This document shows, piece by piece, positions 12,640 to 26,540 of a stretch of 64,000 nucleotides of DNA. Every line of letters begins with the position of its first letter. Position 1 is the stretch's first letter. Source of the stretch: Squalus acanthias. Its lineage: Eukaryota. The stretch lies in assembly GCA_030390025.1 (NCBI GenBank), contig JASTWF010000033.1, positions 6,016,001-6,080,000 on the forward strand. Reading direction: 5' to 3'. Made by a program: the position numbers and the translations under genes. The notes below the pieces were generated by a model. It was not told the DNA's origin and ran no database searches. It worked only from the letters and a program-made list of their open reading frames with translations.

Positions 12640-15600
12640 GTAAGTGGAGATTTCAAACCATTTATTTCACTTCTGAGAATCAGAATAATTGGTTGTAACC
12701 CCATACACACCTGGCAGGATCCTGATACACTGTGAAACCCCATACACACCTGGCAGGAGCCTGATACACTGTTAAACCCCATACACACCTGGCAGGATCC
12801 TGATATACTGTTAAACCCCATACACACCTGGCAGGATCCTGATACACTGTGAAACCCCATACACACCTGGCAGGATCCTGATACACTGGGAAACCCCATA
12901 CACACCTGGCAGGATCCTGATACACTGTGAAACCCCATACACAACTGGCAGGATCCTGATACACTGTGAAACCCCATACACACCTGGCAGGATCCTGATA
13001 CACTGTGACACCCCATACACACCTGACAGGATCCTGATACACTGTGAAACCCCATACACACCTGGCAGGATCTTGATACACTGTGAAACCCCATACACAC
13101 CTGGCAGGATCCTGATACACTGTGAAACCCCATAAACACCTAGCAGGATTCTGATACACTGAAACCCCATACACACCTGGCAGGATCCTGATACACTGTG
13201 AAACCCCATACACACCTGGCAGGATCTTGATACACTGTGAAACCCCATACACACCTGGCAGGATCCTGATACACTGTGAAACCCCATACACACCTGGCAG
13301 GATCCTGATACACTGAAACCCTATACACACCTGGCAGGATCCTGATACACTGTGAAACCCCATACACGCCTGGCAGGATCCTGATACACTGTTAAATCCC
13401 ACACACACCTGGCAGGATCCTGATACACTGAAACCCCATACACACCTGGCAGAATCCTGATACACTGTGAAAACCCATACACACCTGGCAGGATCCTGAT
13501 ACACTGTGAAACTCCATACACACCTGGCAGGATCCTGATACATTGTGAAAACCCATACACACATGACTGGATCCAGATATACTGAAACTCCATACACACC
13601 TGGCAGCATCCTGATACACCGTGAAACCCCATACACACCTGGCAGGATCTTGATACACTGTGAAACCCCATATACACCTGGCAGGATCCTGATACACTGT
13701 GAAACCCCATACACACCTGGCAGTATCCTGATACACTGTTAAATCCCACACACACCTGGCAGGATCCTGATACACTGTGAAACCCCAAACACACCTTACA
13801 GGATACCGATACACTGTGAAACCCCATACACACCTGGCAGGATCCTGAGACACAGAAACCCCATACACACCTGGCAGGATCCTGATACACTGTGAAACCC
13901 CATACACACCTGGCAGAATCCTGATACACTGTGAAACCCCATACACACCTGGCAGCATCCTGAGACACTGAAACCCCACATACACCAGGCAGGATCCTGA
14001 TGCACTGTGAAACCCCATACACACCTGGCAGGATCCTGATACATTGTGAAACCCCATACACACCTGGAAGGATCCTGATAAACTGTGAAACCTCATACAC
14101 ACCTGGCAGGATCCTGATACACTGTGAAACCCCATACACACCTGGCAGGATCCTGATACACTGTGAAACCCCATACACACCTGGCAGTATCCTGATACAC
14201 TGTGAAACCCCATACACACTTGGCAGGATCCTGATACACTGTGTAACCCCATACACACCTGGCAGGATCCTGATACACCGAAACCCCATACACCCCTGGC
14301 AGGAACAAGATACACTGTGAAACCCCATACACACCTGGCAGGATTCTGATACACTGTGAAACCCCATACACACCTGGCAGGATCCTGATGCACTGTGAAA
14401 CCCCATACACACCTGGCAGTATCCTGATACACTGTGAAACCCCATACACACCTGGCAGGATCCTGATAAACTGTGAAACCCCATACACACCTGGCAGGAT
14501 CCTGATACATTGTGAAACCTCATACACACCTGGCAGGATCCTGATACACTGTGAAACACCATACACATCTGGCAGGATCCTGATACACTGTGAAACCCCA
14601 TACACACCTGGCAGGATCCTGATACACTGTGAAACCCCATACACACCTGGCAGTATCCTGATACACTGTGAAACCCCATACACACCTGGCAGGATCCTGA
14701 TACACTGTGTAACCCCATACACACCTGGCAGGATCCTGATACACCGAAACCCCATACACCCCTGGCAGGAACCTGATACACTGTGAAACCCCATACACAC
14801 CTGGCAGGATTCTGATACACTGTGAAACCCCATACACACCTGGCAGGATCCTGATGCACTGTGAAACCCCATACACACCTGGCAGTATCCTGATACACTG
14901 TGAAACCCCATACACACCTGGCAGGATCCTGATAAACTGTGAAACCCCATACACACCTGGCAGGATCCTGATACATTGTGAAACCTCATACACACCTGGC
15001 AGGATTCTGATACACTGTGAAACACCATACACATCTGGCAGGATCCTGATACACTGTGAAAACCCATACACACCTGGCAGTATCCTGATACACTGTGAAA
15101 CCCCATAGGCACCTGCAGGATTCTGATACACTGAAACCCCATACACACCTGGCAGGATCCTGATACACTGTGAAACCCCATACACACCTGGCAGGATCCT
15201 GATACACTGTGAAACCCCATACACATCTGGCAGGATCCTGATACACTGTGAAACCCCATACACACCTGGCAGGATCCTGATACACTGTGAAACCCCATAC
15301 ACACATGACTGGATCCTGATACACTGTGAAACCCCAGAGGCACCTGCAGGATTCTGATACAGTGAAACCCCATACACACCTGGCAGGATCCTGATACACT
15401 GTGAAACCCCATACACACCTGGCAGGATCCTGATACACTGTGAAACCCCATACACACCTGGCAGAATCCTGATACACTGTGAAACCCCATACACACCTGG
15501 CAGGATCCTGATACACTGTGAAACCCCAGACACACCTGGCAGGATCCTGATACACTGTGAAACCACATACACACCTGGCAGAATCCTGATACACTGTGAA

Positions 15601-16115
15601 GCCCCATACACACCTGGCAGGATCCTGATACACTGTCAAACCCCATACACACCTGGCAGGATCCTGATACACTGTGAAACCCCATACACACCTGGCAGGA
15701 TCCTGATACACTGTTAAAACCCACACACACCTGGCAGGATCCTGATACACTGTGAAACCCCATACACACCTGGCAGGATCCTGATACACTGTGTAACCCC
15801 ATACACACCTGGCAGGATCCTGATACACTGTGAAACCCCAAACACACCTGGCAGGATCCTGATACACTGTGAAACCCCATACACAACTGGCAGGATCCTG
15901 ATACACTGTGAAACCCCATACACATCTGGCAGGATCCTGATGTACTGTGAAACCGCAGAGGCACCTGCAGGATTCTGATACACTGAAACCCCATATACAC
16001 CTGGCAGGATCCTGACACACTGTGAAACCCCATACACACCTGGTAGGATCCTGATACACTGTGAAACCCCATACACACCAGGCACGATCCTGATACACTG
16101 TGAAACCCCATACAC

Positions 16116-18400
16116 ATAGAACATAGAACATAGAGCAGTACAGCACAGTACAGGCCCTTCGGCCCTCGATGTTGTGCCGAGCATTGTCCGAGACCAAGAT
16201 CAAGCTATCACACTCCCTATCACTCTGGTGTGCTCCATGTGCTTATCCAATAACCGCTTGAAAGTTCCTAAAGTGTCCGACTCCACTATCACAGCAGGCA
16301 GTCCATTCCACACCCCAACCACTCTCTGAGTAAAGAATCTACCTCGGACATCCCTTCTATATCTCCCCCCATGCACCTTATAGTTATGCCCCCTTGTAAC
16401 AGCTGCCTCTACCCGAGGAAATAGTCTCTGAACATCCACTCTATCTATCCCCTCATCATCTTATAAACCTCTATTAAGTCGCCTCTCATCCTCCTCCGCT
16501 CTAAAGAGAAAAGCCCCAACTCCCTCAATCTTTCCTCATAAGACCTCCCCCCCAAACCAGGCAGCATCCTGGTAAATTTACTTTGCACTCTTTCCAATGC
16601 TTCTACGTCCTTCCTATAGTGAGGTGACCAGAACTGCACACAATATTCCAAATGTGGTCTCACCAAGGTCCTGTACAGTTGCAGCATAACCTCACGGTTC
16701 TTAAACTCAAACCCTCTGTTAATAAACGCTAACACACAATAGGCCTTCTTTACTGCTCTATCCACTTGAGTGGCAACCTTCAGAGATCTGTGGATATGAA
16801 CCCCCAGATCCCTCTGCTCCTCCACGTTCCTCAGAACCCTGCCGTTGACCCTGTAATCCTTATTCAAATTTGCCCTACCAAAATGAATCACCTCGCACTT
16901 ATCAGGGTTAAATTCCATCTGCCATTTTTCGGCCCAGCTCTGCATCCTATCAATGTCTCTTTGCAGCCTACAACTGCCCTCCACCTCATCCACTACTCCA
17001 CCAATCTTGGTGTCATCAGCAAATTTACTGATCCACCCTTCAGTCCCCTCCTCCAAGTCATTGATAAAAATCACAAACAGCAGAGGACCCAGCACCGACC
17101 CCTGTGGCACACCGCTGGTAACTGGTCTCCAGTCCGAAAATGTTCCATCCACCACCACCCTCTGCCTTCTATGAGTTAGCCAGTTACTTATCCAATCGGC
17201 CAAATTTCCCTCTATCCCACAACTCCTTACTTTCTTCATGAGACGACCATGGGGAACCTTATCAAACGGCTTACTAAAATCCATGTATACGACATCAACT
17301 GCTCTACCTTCATCTACACACTTAGTTACCTCCTCAAAGAATTCAATCAAATTTGTTAGGCAAGACTTACCCTTCACGAATCCGTGTTGACTATCCCTGA
17401 TTAAGTTGCCCCTTTCCAAATGGTCATAAATCCTATCCCTCAGGACCTTTTCCATTATCTTACCAACCACCGAAGTAAGACTAACCGGCCTATAATTACC
17501 AGGGTCATTCCTATTTCCTTTCTTGAAGAGAGGAACAACATTCGCCACTCTCCAGTCCTCTGGCACCATCCCCGTGGACAGTGAGGACCCAAAGATCAAA
17601 GCCAGAGGCTCTGCAATCTCCTCCCTTGCCTCCCAAAGAATCCTAGGATATATCCCATCTGGCCCAGGGGACTTATCGACCCTCAGGTTCTTCAAAATTG
17701 CTAAAACATCTTCCCTCAGAACATCTACCACCTCCAGCCTATCCACCTTTATCAAACTCTCATCCTCAAGAACATGGCCCCTCTCCTCGGTGAACACTGA
17801 CGAAAAGTATTCATTCATCACCTCTCCTATCTCTTCTGACTCCATGCACAAGTTCCCACTACTGTCCTTGACCGGCCCTACCCTCACCCTGGTCATTCTT
17901 TTATTTCTCACATAAGAGTAAAAAGCCTTGGGATTTTTCTTGATCCGACCCGCCAAGGACTTCTCATGCCCCCTCCTAGCTCTCCTAAGCTCTTTTTTTA
18001 GCTCATTCCTTGCTACCTTGTACCCCTCAATCGACCCAACTGAACCTTGTTTTCTCATCCTTACATACGCTTCCTTTTTCCTCTTGACTAGACATTCAAC
18101 CTCTTTTGTGAACCATGGTTCTCTCACTCGGCCATTTCCTCCCTGCCTGACAGGGACATACCTATTAAGGACACGCAGTAATTGCTCCATGAAAAAGCTC
18201 CACTTTTCGTTTGTGCCTTTCCCTGATAGTTTCTGTTCCCATTTTATACTCCCTAATTCTTGCCTAATCGCATCATAATTACCCCTCCCCCAATTATAAA
18301 CCCTGCCCTGCCATATGGCCCTATCCCTCTCCATTGCAATAGTGAAAGTTACCGAATTGTGGTCACTATCTCCAAAGTGCTCTCCCACATACAAATCAAA
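16116..18400 (-). mobile_element. 5'-truncated CR1, insertion A copy 1 (RT, frameshift near 16448)
   Basis: ORFs 16445-18556 and 16200-16439 with KSPGPDG, NYRPVSL, QHGF, GVPQGSVLGP, KFADD; (ATAGAAC)n tail at 16116. Confidence 0.97.
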
Positions 18401-21037
18401 CACTTGGCAGCATCCTGATACAGTGTGAAACCCCATACACACCTGGCAGGATCCTGATACACTGTGAAACCACAGAGGCACCTGCAGGATTCTGATACAC
18501 TGAAACCCCATACACACCTGGCAGGATCCTGATACACTGTGAAACCCCATACACAACTGTCAGGATCCTCATACACTGTGAAACCCCATACACACCTGGC
18601 AGGTTCCTGATACACTGTGAAACCCCATACACACCTGCCAGGCTCCTGATACACTGTGAAACCTCATACACACCTGGCAGGATCCTGATACACTGTGAAA
18701 CCCCATACACACCTGGCAGGATCCCGATACACTGTGAAACCTCATACACACCTGGCAGGATCCTGATACACTGTGAAACCCCATACACACCTGGCAGGAT
18801 CCTGATACACTGTGAAGCCCCATACACACCTGGCAGGATCCTGATACACTGTGAAACCACATACACACCTGGCAGAATCCTGATAAACTGTGAAGCCCCA
18901 TACACACCTGGCAGGATCCTGATACACTGTGAAACCCCATACACACCTGGCAGGATCCTGATACACTGTGAAACCCCATACACACCTGGCAGGATCCTGA
19001 TACACTGTTAAAACCCACACACACCTGGCAGGATCCTGATACGCTGTGAAACCCCATACACACCTGGCAGTATCCTGATACACTGTGTAACCCCATACAC
19101 ACCTGGCAGGATCCTGATACACTGTGAAACCCCATACACAACTGGCAGGATCCTGATACACTGTGAAACCCCATACACATCTGGCAGGATCCTGATACAC
19201 TGTGAAACCCCAGAGGCACCTGCGCAGGATTCTGATACACTGAAACCCCATATACACCTGGCAGGATCCTGACACACTGTGAAACCCCATACACACCTGG
19301 CAGGATCCTGATACACTGTGAAACCCCATACACACCTGGCAGGATCCTGATACACTGTGAAACCCCATACACACCTGGCAGGATCCTGATACACTGTGAA
19401 ACCCCATACACATCTGGCAGGATCCTGATACAGTGTGAAACCCCATACACACCTGGCTGGATCCTGATACACTGTGAAACCCCAGAGGCACCTGCAGGAT
19501 TCTGATACACTGAAACCCCATACACACCTGGCAGGATCCTGATACACTGTGAAACCCCAATCACACCTGGCAGGATACCGATACACTGTGAAACCCCATA
19601 CACACCTGGAAGGATACTAATAGACTGTGAAAACCCATACACACATGACTGGATCCTGATACACTGTGAAACCCCATACACACCTGGCAGGATCCTGATA
19701 CACTGTGAAACCCCAAACACACCTGGCAGGATCGTGATACACTGTAAAACCCCATACACACCTGACAGGATCCTGATACACTGTGAAACCCCATACACAC
19801 CTGGCAGGATCCTGACACACTGTTAAAACCCACACACACCTGGCAGGATCCTGATAAACTGTGAAACCCCATACACACCTGGCAGTATCCTGATAACTGT
19901 GTAACTCCATACACACCTGGCAGGATCCTGATAAACTGTGAAACCCCAAACACACCTGGCAGGATCCTGATACACTGTGAAACCCCATACACACCTGGCA
20001 GGATCCTGATACACTGTGAAACCCCATACACATCTGGCAGGATCCTGATACACTGTGAAACCCCAGAGGCACCTGCAGGATTCTGATACACTGAAACCCC
20101 ATACACACCTGGCAGGATCCTGATACACTGTGGAACCCCATACACACCTGTCAGGATCCTCATACACTGTGAAACCCCATACACACCTGGCAGGATCCTG
20201 AGACACTGAAACCCCATACACACCTGGCAGGATCCTGATACACTGTGAAACCCCACACACACCAGGCAGGATCCTGATACACAGTGAAACCCCATATACA
20301 CCTGGCAGGATCCTGATACATTGTGAAACCCCATACACACCTGGAAGTATACTAATAGACTGTGAAAACCCATACACACATGACTGGATCCTGATACACT
20401 GTGAAACCCCATACACATCTGGCAGGATCCTGATACACTGTGAAACCCCAGACACACCTGGCAGGATCCTGATACACTGTGAAACCACATACACACCTGG
20501 CAGAATCCTGATACACTGTGAAGCCCCATACACACCTGGCAGGATCCTGATACGCTGTGAAACCCCATACACACCTGGCAGGATCCTGATACACTGTGAA
20601 ACCCCATACACTCCTGGCAGGATCCTGATACACTGTTAAAACCCACACACACCTGGCAGGATCCTGATACACTGTGAAACCCCATACACACCTGGCAGTA
20701 TCCTGATACACTGTGTAACCCCATACACACCTGGCAGGATCCTGATACACTGTGAAACCCCAAACACACCTGGCAGGATCCTGATACACTGTGAAACCCC
20801 ATACACAACTGGCAGGATCCTGATACACTGTGAAACCCCATACACATCTGGCAGGATCCTGATGTACTGTGAAACCGCAGAGGCACCTGCAGGATTCTGA
20901 TACACTGAAACCCCATATACACCTGGCAGGATCCTGACACACTGTGAAACCCCATACACACCTGGTAGGACCCTGATACACTGTGAAACCCCATACACAC
21001 CAGGCAGGATCCTGATACACTGTGAAACCCCATACAC

Positions 21038-23428
21038 ATAGAACATAGAACATAGAGCAGTACAGCACAGTACAGGCCCTTCGGCCCTCGATGTTGTGCC
21101 GAGCATTGTCCGAGACCAAGATCAAGCTATCACACTCCCTATCACTCTGGTGTGTTCCATGTGCTTATCCAATAACCGCTTGAAAGTTCCTAAAGTGTCC
21201 GACTCCACTATCACAGCAGGCAGTCCATTCCACACCCCAACCACTCTCTGAGTAAAGAATCTACCTCGGACATCCCTTCTATATCTCCCCCCATGCACCT
21301 TATAGTTATGCCCCCTTGTAACAGCTGCCTCTACCCGAGGAAATAGTCTCTGAACATCCACTCTATCTATCCCCCTCATCATCTTATAAACCTCTATTAA
21401 GTCGCCTCTCATCCTCCTCCGCTCTAAAGAGAAAAGCTCCAACTCCCTCAATCTTTCCTCATAAGACCTCCCCCCCAAACCAGGCAGCATCCTGGTAAAT
21501 CTCCTTTGCACTCTTTCCAATGCTTCTACGTCCTTCCTATAGTGAGGTGACCAGAACTGCACACAATATTCCAAATGTGGTCTCACCAAGGTCCTGTACA
21601 GTTGCAGCATAACCTCACGGTTCTTAAACTCAAACCCTCTGTTAATAAACGCTAACACACAATAGGCCTTCTTTACTGCTCTATCCACTTGAGTGGCAAC
21701 CTTCAGAGATCTGTGGATATGAACCCCCAGATCCCTCTGCTCCTCCACGTTCCTCAGAACCCTGCCGTTGACCCTGTAATCCTTATTCAAATTTGCCCTA
21801 CCAAAATGAATCACCTCGCACTTATCAGGGTTAAATTCCATCTGCCATTTTTCGGCCCAGCTCTGCATCCTATCAATGTCTCTTTGCAGCCTACAACTGC
21901 CCTCCACCTCATCCACTACTCCACCAATCTTGGTGTCATCAGCAAATTTACTGATCCACCCTTCAGTCCCCTCCTCCAAGTCATTGATAAAAATCACAAA
22001 CAGCAGAGGACCCAGCACCGACCCCTGTGGCACACCGCTGGTAACTGGTCTCCAGTCCGAAAATGTTCCATCCACCACCACCCTCTGCCTTCTATGAGTT
22101 AGCCAGTTACTTATCCAATCGGCCAAATTTCCCTCTATCCCACAACTCCTTACTTTCTTCATGAGACGACCATGGGGAACCTTATCAAACGCCTTACTAA
22201 AATCCATGTATACGACATCAACTGCTCTACCTTCATCTACACACTTAGTTACCTCCTCAAAGAATTCAATCAAATTTGTTAGGCAAGACTTACCCTTCAC
22301 GAATCCGTGTTGACTATGAAAGGTCATCGACCTGAAACGTCAACTCTCTTTCTCTCTCTACGGATGCTGCCTGGCCTGCTGAGTTTTTCCAGCGTTTTCT
22401 GTTGTTATTCCGTGTTGACTATCCCTGATTAAGTTGCCCCTTTCCAAATGGTCATAAATCCTATCCCTCAGGACCTTTTCCATTATCTTACCAACCACCG
22501 AAGTAAGACTAACCGGCCTATAATTACCAGGGTCATTCCTATTTACTTTCTTGAAGAGAGGAACAACATTCGCCACTCTCCAGTCCTCTGGCACCATCCC
22601 CGTGGACAGTGAGGACCCAAAGATCAAAGCCAGAGGCTCTGCAATCTCCTCCCTTGCCTCCCAAAGAATCCTAGGATATATCCCATCTGGCCCAGGGGAC
22701 TTATCGACCCTCAGGTTCTTCAAAATTGCTAAAACATCTTCCCTCAGAACATCTACCACCTCCAGCCTATCCACCTTTATCAAACTCTCATCCTCAAGAA
22801 CATGGCCCCTCTCCTCGGTGAACACTGACGAAAAGTATTCATTCATCACCTCTCCTATCTCTTCTGACTCCATGCACAAGTTCCCACTACTGTCCTTGAC
22901 CGGCCCTACCCTCACCCTGGTCATTCTTTTATTTCTCACATAAGAGTAAAAAGCCTTGGGATTTTTCTTGATCCGACCCGCCAAGGACTTCTCATGCCCC
23001 CTCCTAGCTCTCCTAAGCTCTTTTTTTAGCTCATTCCTTGCTACCTTGTACCCCTCAATCGACCCAACTGAACCTTGTTTTCTCATCCTTACATACGCTT
23101 CCTTTTTCCTCTTGACTAGACATTCAACCTCTTTTGTGAACCATGGTTCTCTCACTCGGCCATTTCCTCCCTGCCTGACAGGGACATACCTATCAAGGAC
23201 ACGCAGTAATTGCTCCATGAAAAAGCTCCACTTTTCGTTTGTGCCTTTCCCTGATAGTTTCTGTTCCCATCTTATACTCCCTAATTCTTGCCTAATCGCA
23301 TCATAATTACCCCTCCCCCAATTATAAACCCTGCCCTGCCATATGGCCCTATCCCTCTCCATTGCAATAGTGAAAGTTACCGAATTGTGGTCACTATCTC
23401 CAAAGTGCTCTCCCACATACAAATCAAA
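21038..23428 (-). mobile_element. CR1 insertion A copy 2, interrupted by a 91-bp insertion
   Basis: Near-identical to copy 1 with the same junctions; ORF split into 22358-23521 and 21122-22327. Confidence 0.97.
22318..22408 (+). mobile_element. 91-bp Penelope-like terminal fragment with 14-bp TSD
   Basis: TCCGTGTTGACTAT at 22304-22317 and 22409-22422, single in copies 1 and 3; insert matches the repeat arms at 54410-54510 and 61137-61236. Confidence 0.8.
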
Positions 23429-23458
23429 CACTTGGCAGGATCCTGATACAGTGTGAAA

Positions 23459-24620
23459 CATAGAAACATAGAAAATAGGTACAGGAGTAGACCATTCGGT
23501 CCTTCGAGCCTGCACCACCATTCAATGCGTTCATGGCTGAACATGCTACCTCAGTACCCCATTCCTGCTTTCTCGCCATACCCCTTGATCCCCCTAGTTG
23601 TGAGTGTTATATCTAACTCACTTTTGAATATATTTAGCGAACTGGCCTCAACAACCTTCTGTGGAAGAGAATTCCATAGATTCACCACTCTCTGGGTGAA
23701 GAAGTTCCTCCTCAGCTCAGTCTTAAATGGCTTCCCCTTAATCCTTAGACTGTGACCCCTGGTTCTAGTTTTCCCTAACATTGGGAACATTCTGCCCGCA
23801 TCTAATTTGTCTAAACCAGTCAGGATTTTAAATGTCTCTATAAGATCCCCCCTCATTCTTCTGAACTCCAGAGGATACAAGTTCAGTTGACCCAATCTTT
23901 CTTGATATGTCAGTCCGGCCATCCCAGGAATCAATCTAGTGAACCTTCGCTGCACTCCCTCAATAGCAAGAATGTCCTTCCTTAAGTTAGGAGACCAAAA
24001 CTGCGCACAATACTCCAGGTGTGGCCTCACCAAGGCCCTGTACAACTGCAGCATCACCTCCCTACTCCTGTACTCAAATCCCCTTGCTATGAAGGCCATC
24101 ATTCCGTTTGCTTTATTGACTGCCTGCTGCACTTGCATTCCCACCTTCAGTGACTGATGTACCATGACGCCCAGGTCTCGTTGCACCTCCCCTTTCCCTA
24201 ATCTGCCACCATTCAGGTAATAGTCCGCCTCTCTATTTTTACCACCAAAGTGGATAACCTCACATTTATCCACATTGTACTTCATCTGCCATACATTTGC
24301 CCATTCACCCAACCTGTCCAAGTCACTCTGTAGCCTCCTAGCATCCTCCTCATTGTTCACACTGCCTCCCAATTTAGTGTCATCCGCAAATTTGGAGATA
24401 TTACATTTAATCCCTTCGTCCAAATCATTAATATATAATGTAAACAGATGGGGTCCCAGCACCGAACCCTGCGGTACCCCGCTGGTCATTGCCTGCCATT
24501 CTGAAAAGTACCCATTTACTCCTACTCTTTGTTTCCTGTGTGCCAACCAGTTCTCAATCCACGTCAACACATTACCCCCAATCCCATGTGCTTTAACTTT
24601 GCTCACCAATCTCTTGTGTG
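23459..24620 (-). mobile_element. 5'-truncated CR1, insertion B copy 1 (different subfamily)
   Basis: ORF 23551-25140 from HKRLVSKV through GVPQGSVLGP and KFADD to GYGEKAGMGY; (CATAGAAA)n tail. Confidence 0.96.
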
Positions 24621-26540
24621 AAACCCCATACACACCTGGCAGGATCCTGATACACTGTGAAACCTCATACACACCTGGCAGGATCCTGATACACTGTGAA
24701 ACCCCATACACACCTGGCAGTATCCTGATACACTGTGAAACCTCATACACACCTGGCAGGATCCCGATACACTGTGAAACCTCATACACACCTGGCAGGA
24801 TCCTGATACACTGTGAAGCCTCATACACACCTGGCATGATCCTGATACACTGTGAAACTCCATTCACACCTGGCAGGATCCCGATACACTGTGAAACCAC
24901 ATACACACCTGGCAGGATCCTGATACACTGTGAAACCCCATACACACCTGGCAGGATCCTGATACACTGTGAAGCCCCATACACACCTGGCAGGATCCTG
25001 ATACACTGTGAAACCACATACACACCTGGCAGAATCCTGATACACTGTGAAGCCCCATACACACCTGGCAGGATCCTGATACACTGTGAAACCCCATACA
25101 CACCTGGCAGGATCCTGATACACTGTGAAACCCCATACACACCTGGCAGGATCCTGATACACTGTTAAAACCCACACACACCTGGCAGGATCCTGATACA
25201 CTGTGAAACCCCATACACACCTGGCAGTATCCTGATACACTGTGTAACCCCATACACACCTGGCAGGATCCTGATACACTGTGAAACCCCAAACACACCT
25301 GGCAGGATCCTGATACACTGTGAAACCCCATACACAACTGGCAGGATCCTGATACACTGTGAAACCCCATACACATCTGGCAGGATCCTGATACACTGTG
25401 AAACCCCAGAGGCACCTGCGCAGGATTCTGATACACTGAAACCCCATATACACCTGGCAGGATCCTGACACACTGTGAAACCCCATACACACCTGGCAGG
25501 ATCCTGATACACTGTGAAACCCCATACACACCTGGCAGGATCCTGATACACTGTGAAACCCCATACACACCTGGCAGGATCCTGATACACTGTGAAACCC
25601 CATACACATCTGGCCGGATCCTGATACACTGTGAAACCGCATACACACCTGGCAGGATCCTGATACACTGTGAAACCCCATACACACCTGGCAGGATCCT
25701 GATACACTGTGAAACCCCATACACACCAGGCAGGATCCTGATACACTGTGAAACCCCATACACACCTGGCAAGATCCTGATACACTGTGAAACCCCATAC
25801 ACACCTGGCAGGATCCTGATACACTGTGAAACCCCAAACACACCTGGCAGGATCCTGATACAGTGTGAAACCCCATACACACCTGGCAGGATCCTGATAC
25901 ACTGTGAAACCCCATACACACCTGGCAGGATCCTGATACACTGTGAAACCCCATACACACCTGGCAGGATCCTGATACACTGTGAAACCCCATACACACC
26001 TGGCAGGATCCTGATACACTGTGAAACCCCATACACAACTGGCAGGATCCTGATACAGTGTGAAACCCCATACACACCTGGCTGGATCCTGATACACTGT
26101 GAAACCCCAGAGGCACCTGCAGCATTCTGATACACTGTTAAACCCCAATCACACCTGGCAGGATACCGATACACTGAGAAACCCCATACACACCTGGCAG
26201 GATCCTGAGACACTGAAACCCCATACACACCTGGCAGGATCCTGATACACTGTGAAACCCCACACACACCAGGCAGGAGCCTGATACACTGTGAAACCCC
26301 ATACACACCTGGCAGGATCCTGAAACATTGTCAAACCCCATACACACCTGGAAGGATACTAATAGACTGTGAAAACCCATACACACATGACTGGATCCTG
26401 ATATACTGTGAATCCCCATACACACCTGGCAGGATCCTGAGACACTGTGAAACCCAAAACACACCTGGCAGGATCCTGATACACTGTAAAACCCCATACA
26501 CACCTGGCAGGATCCTGATACACTGTGAAACCCCATACAC

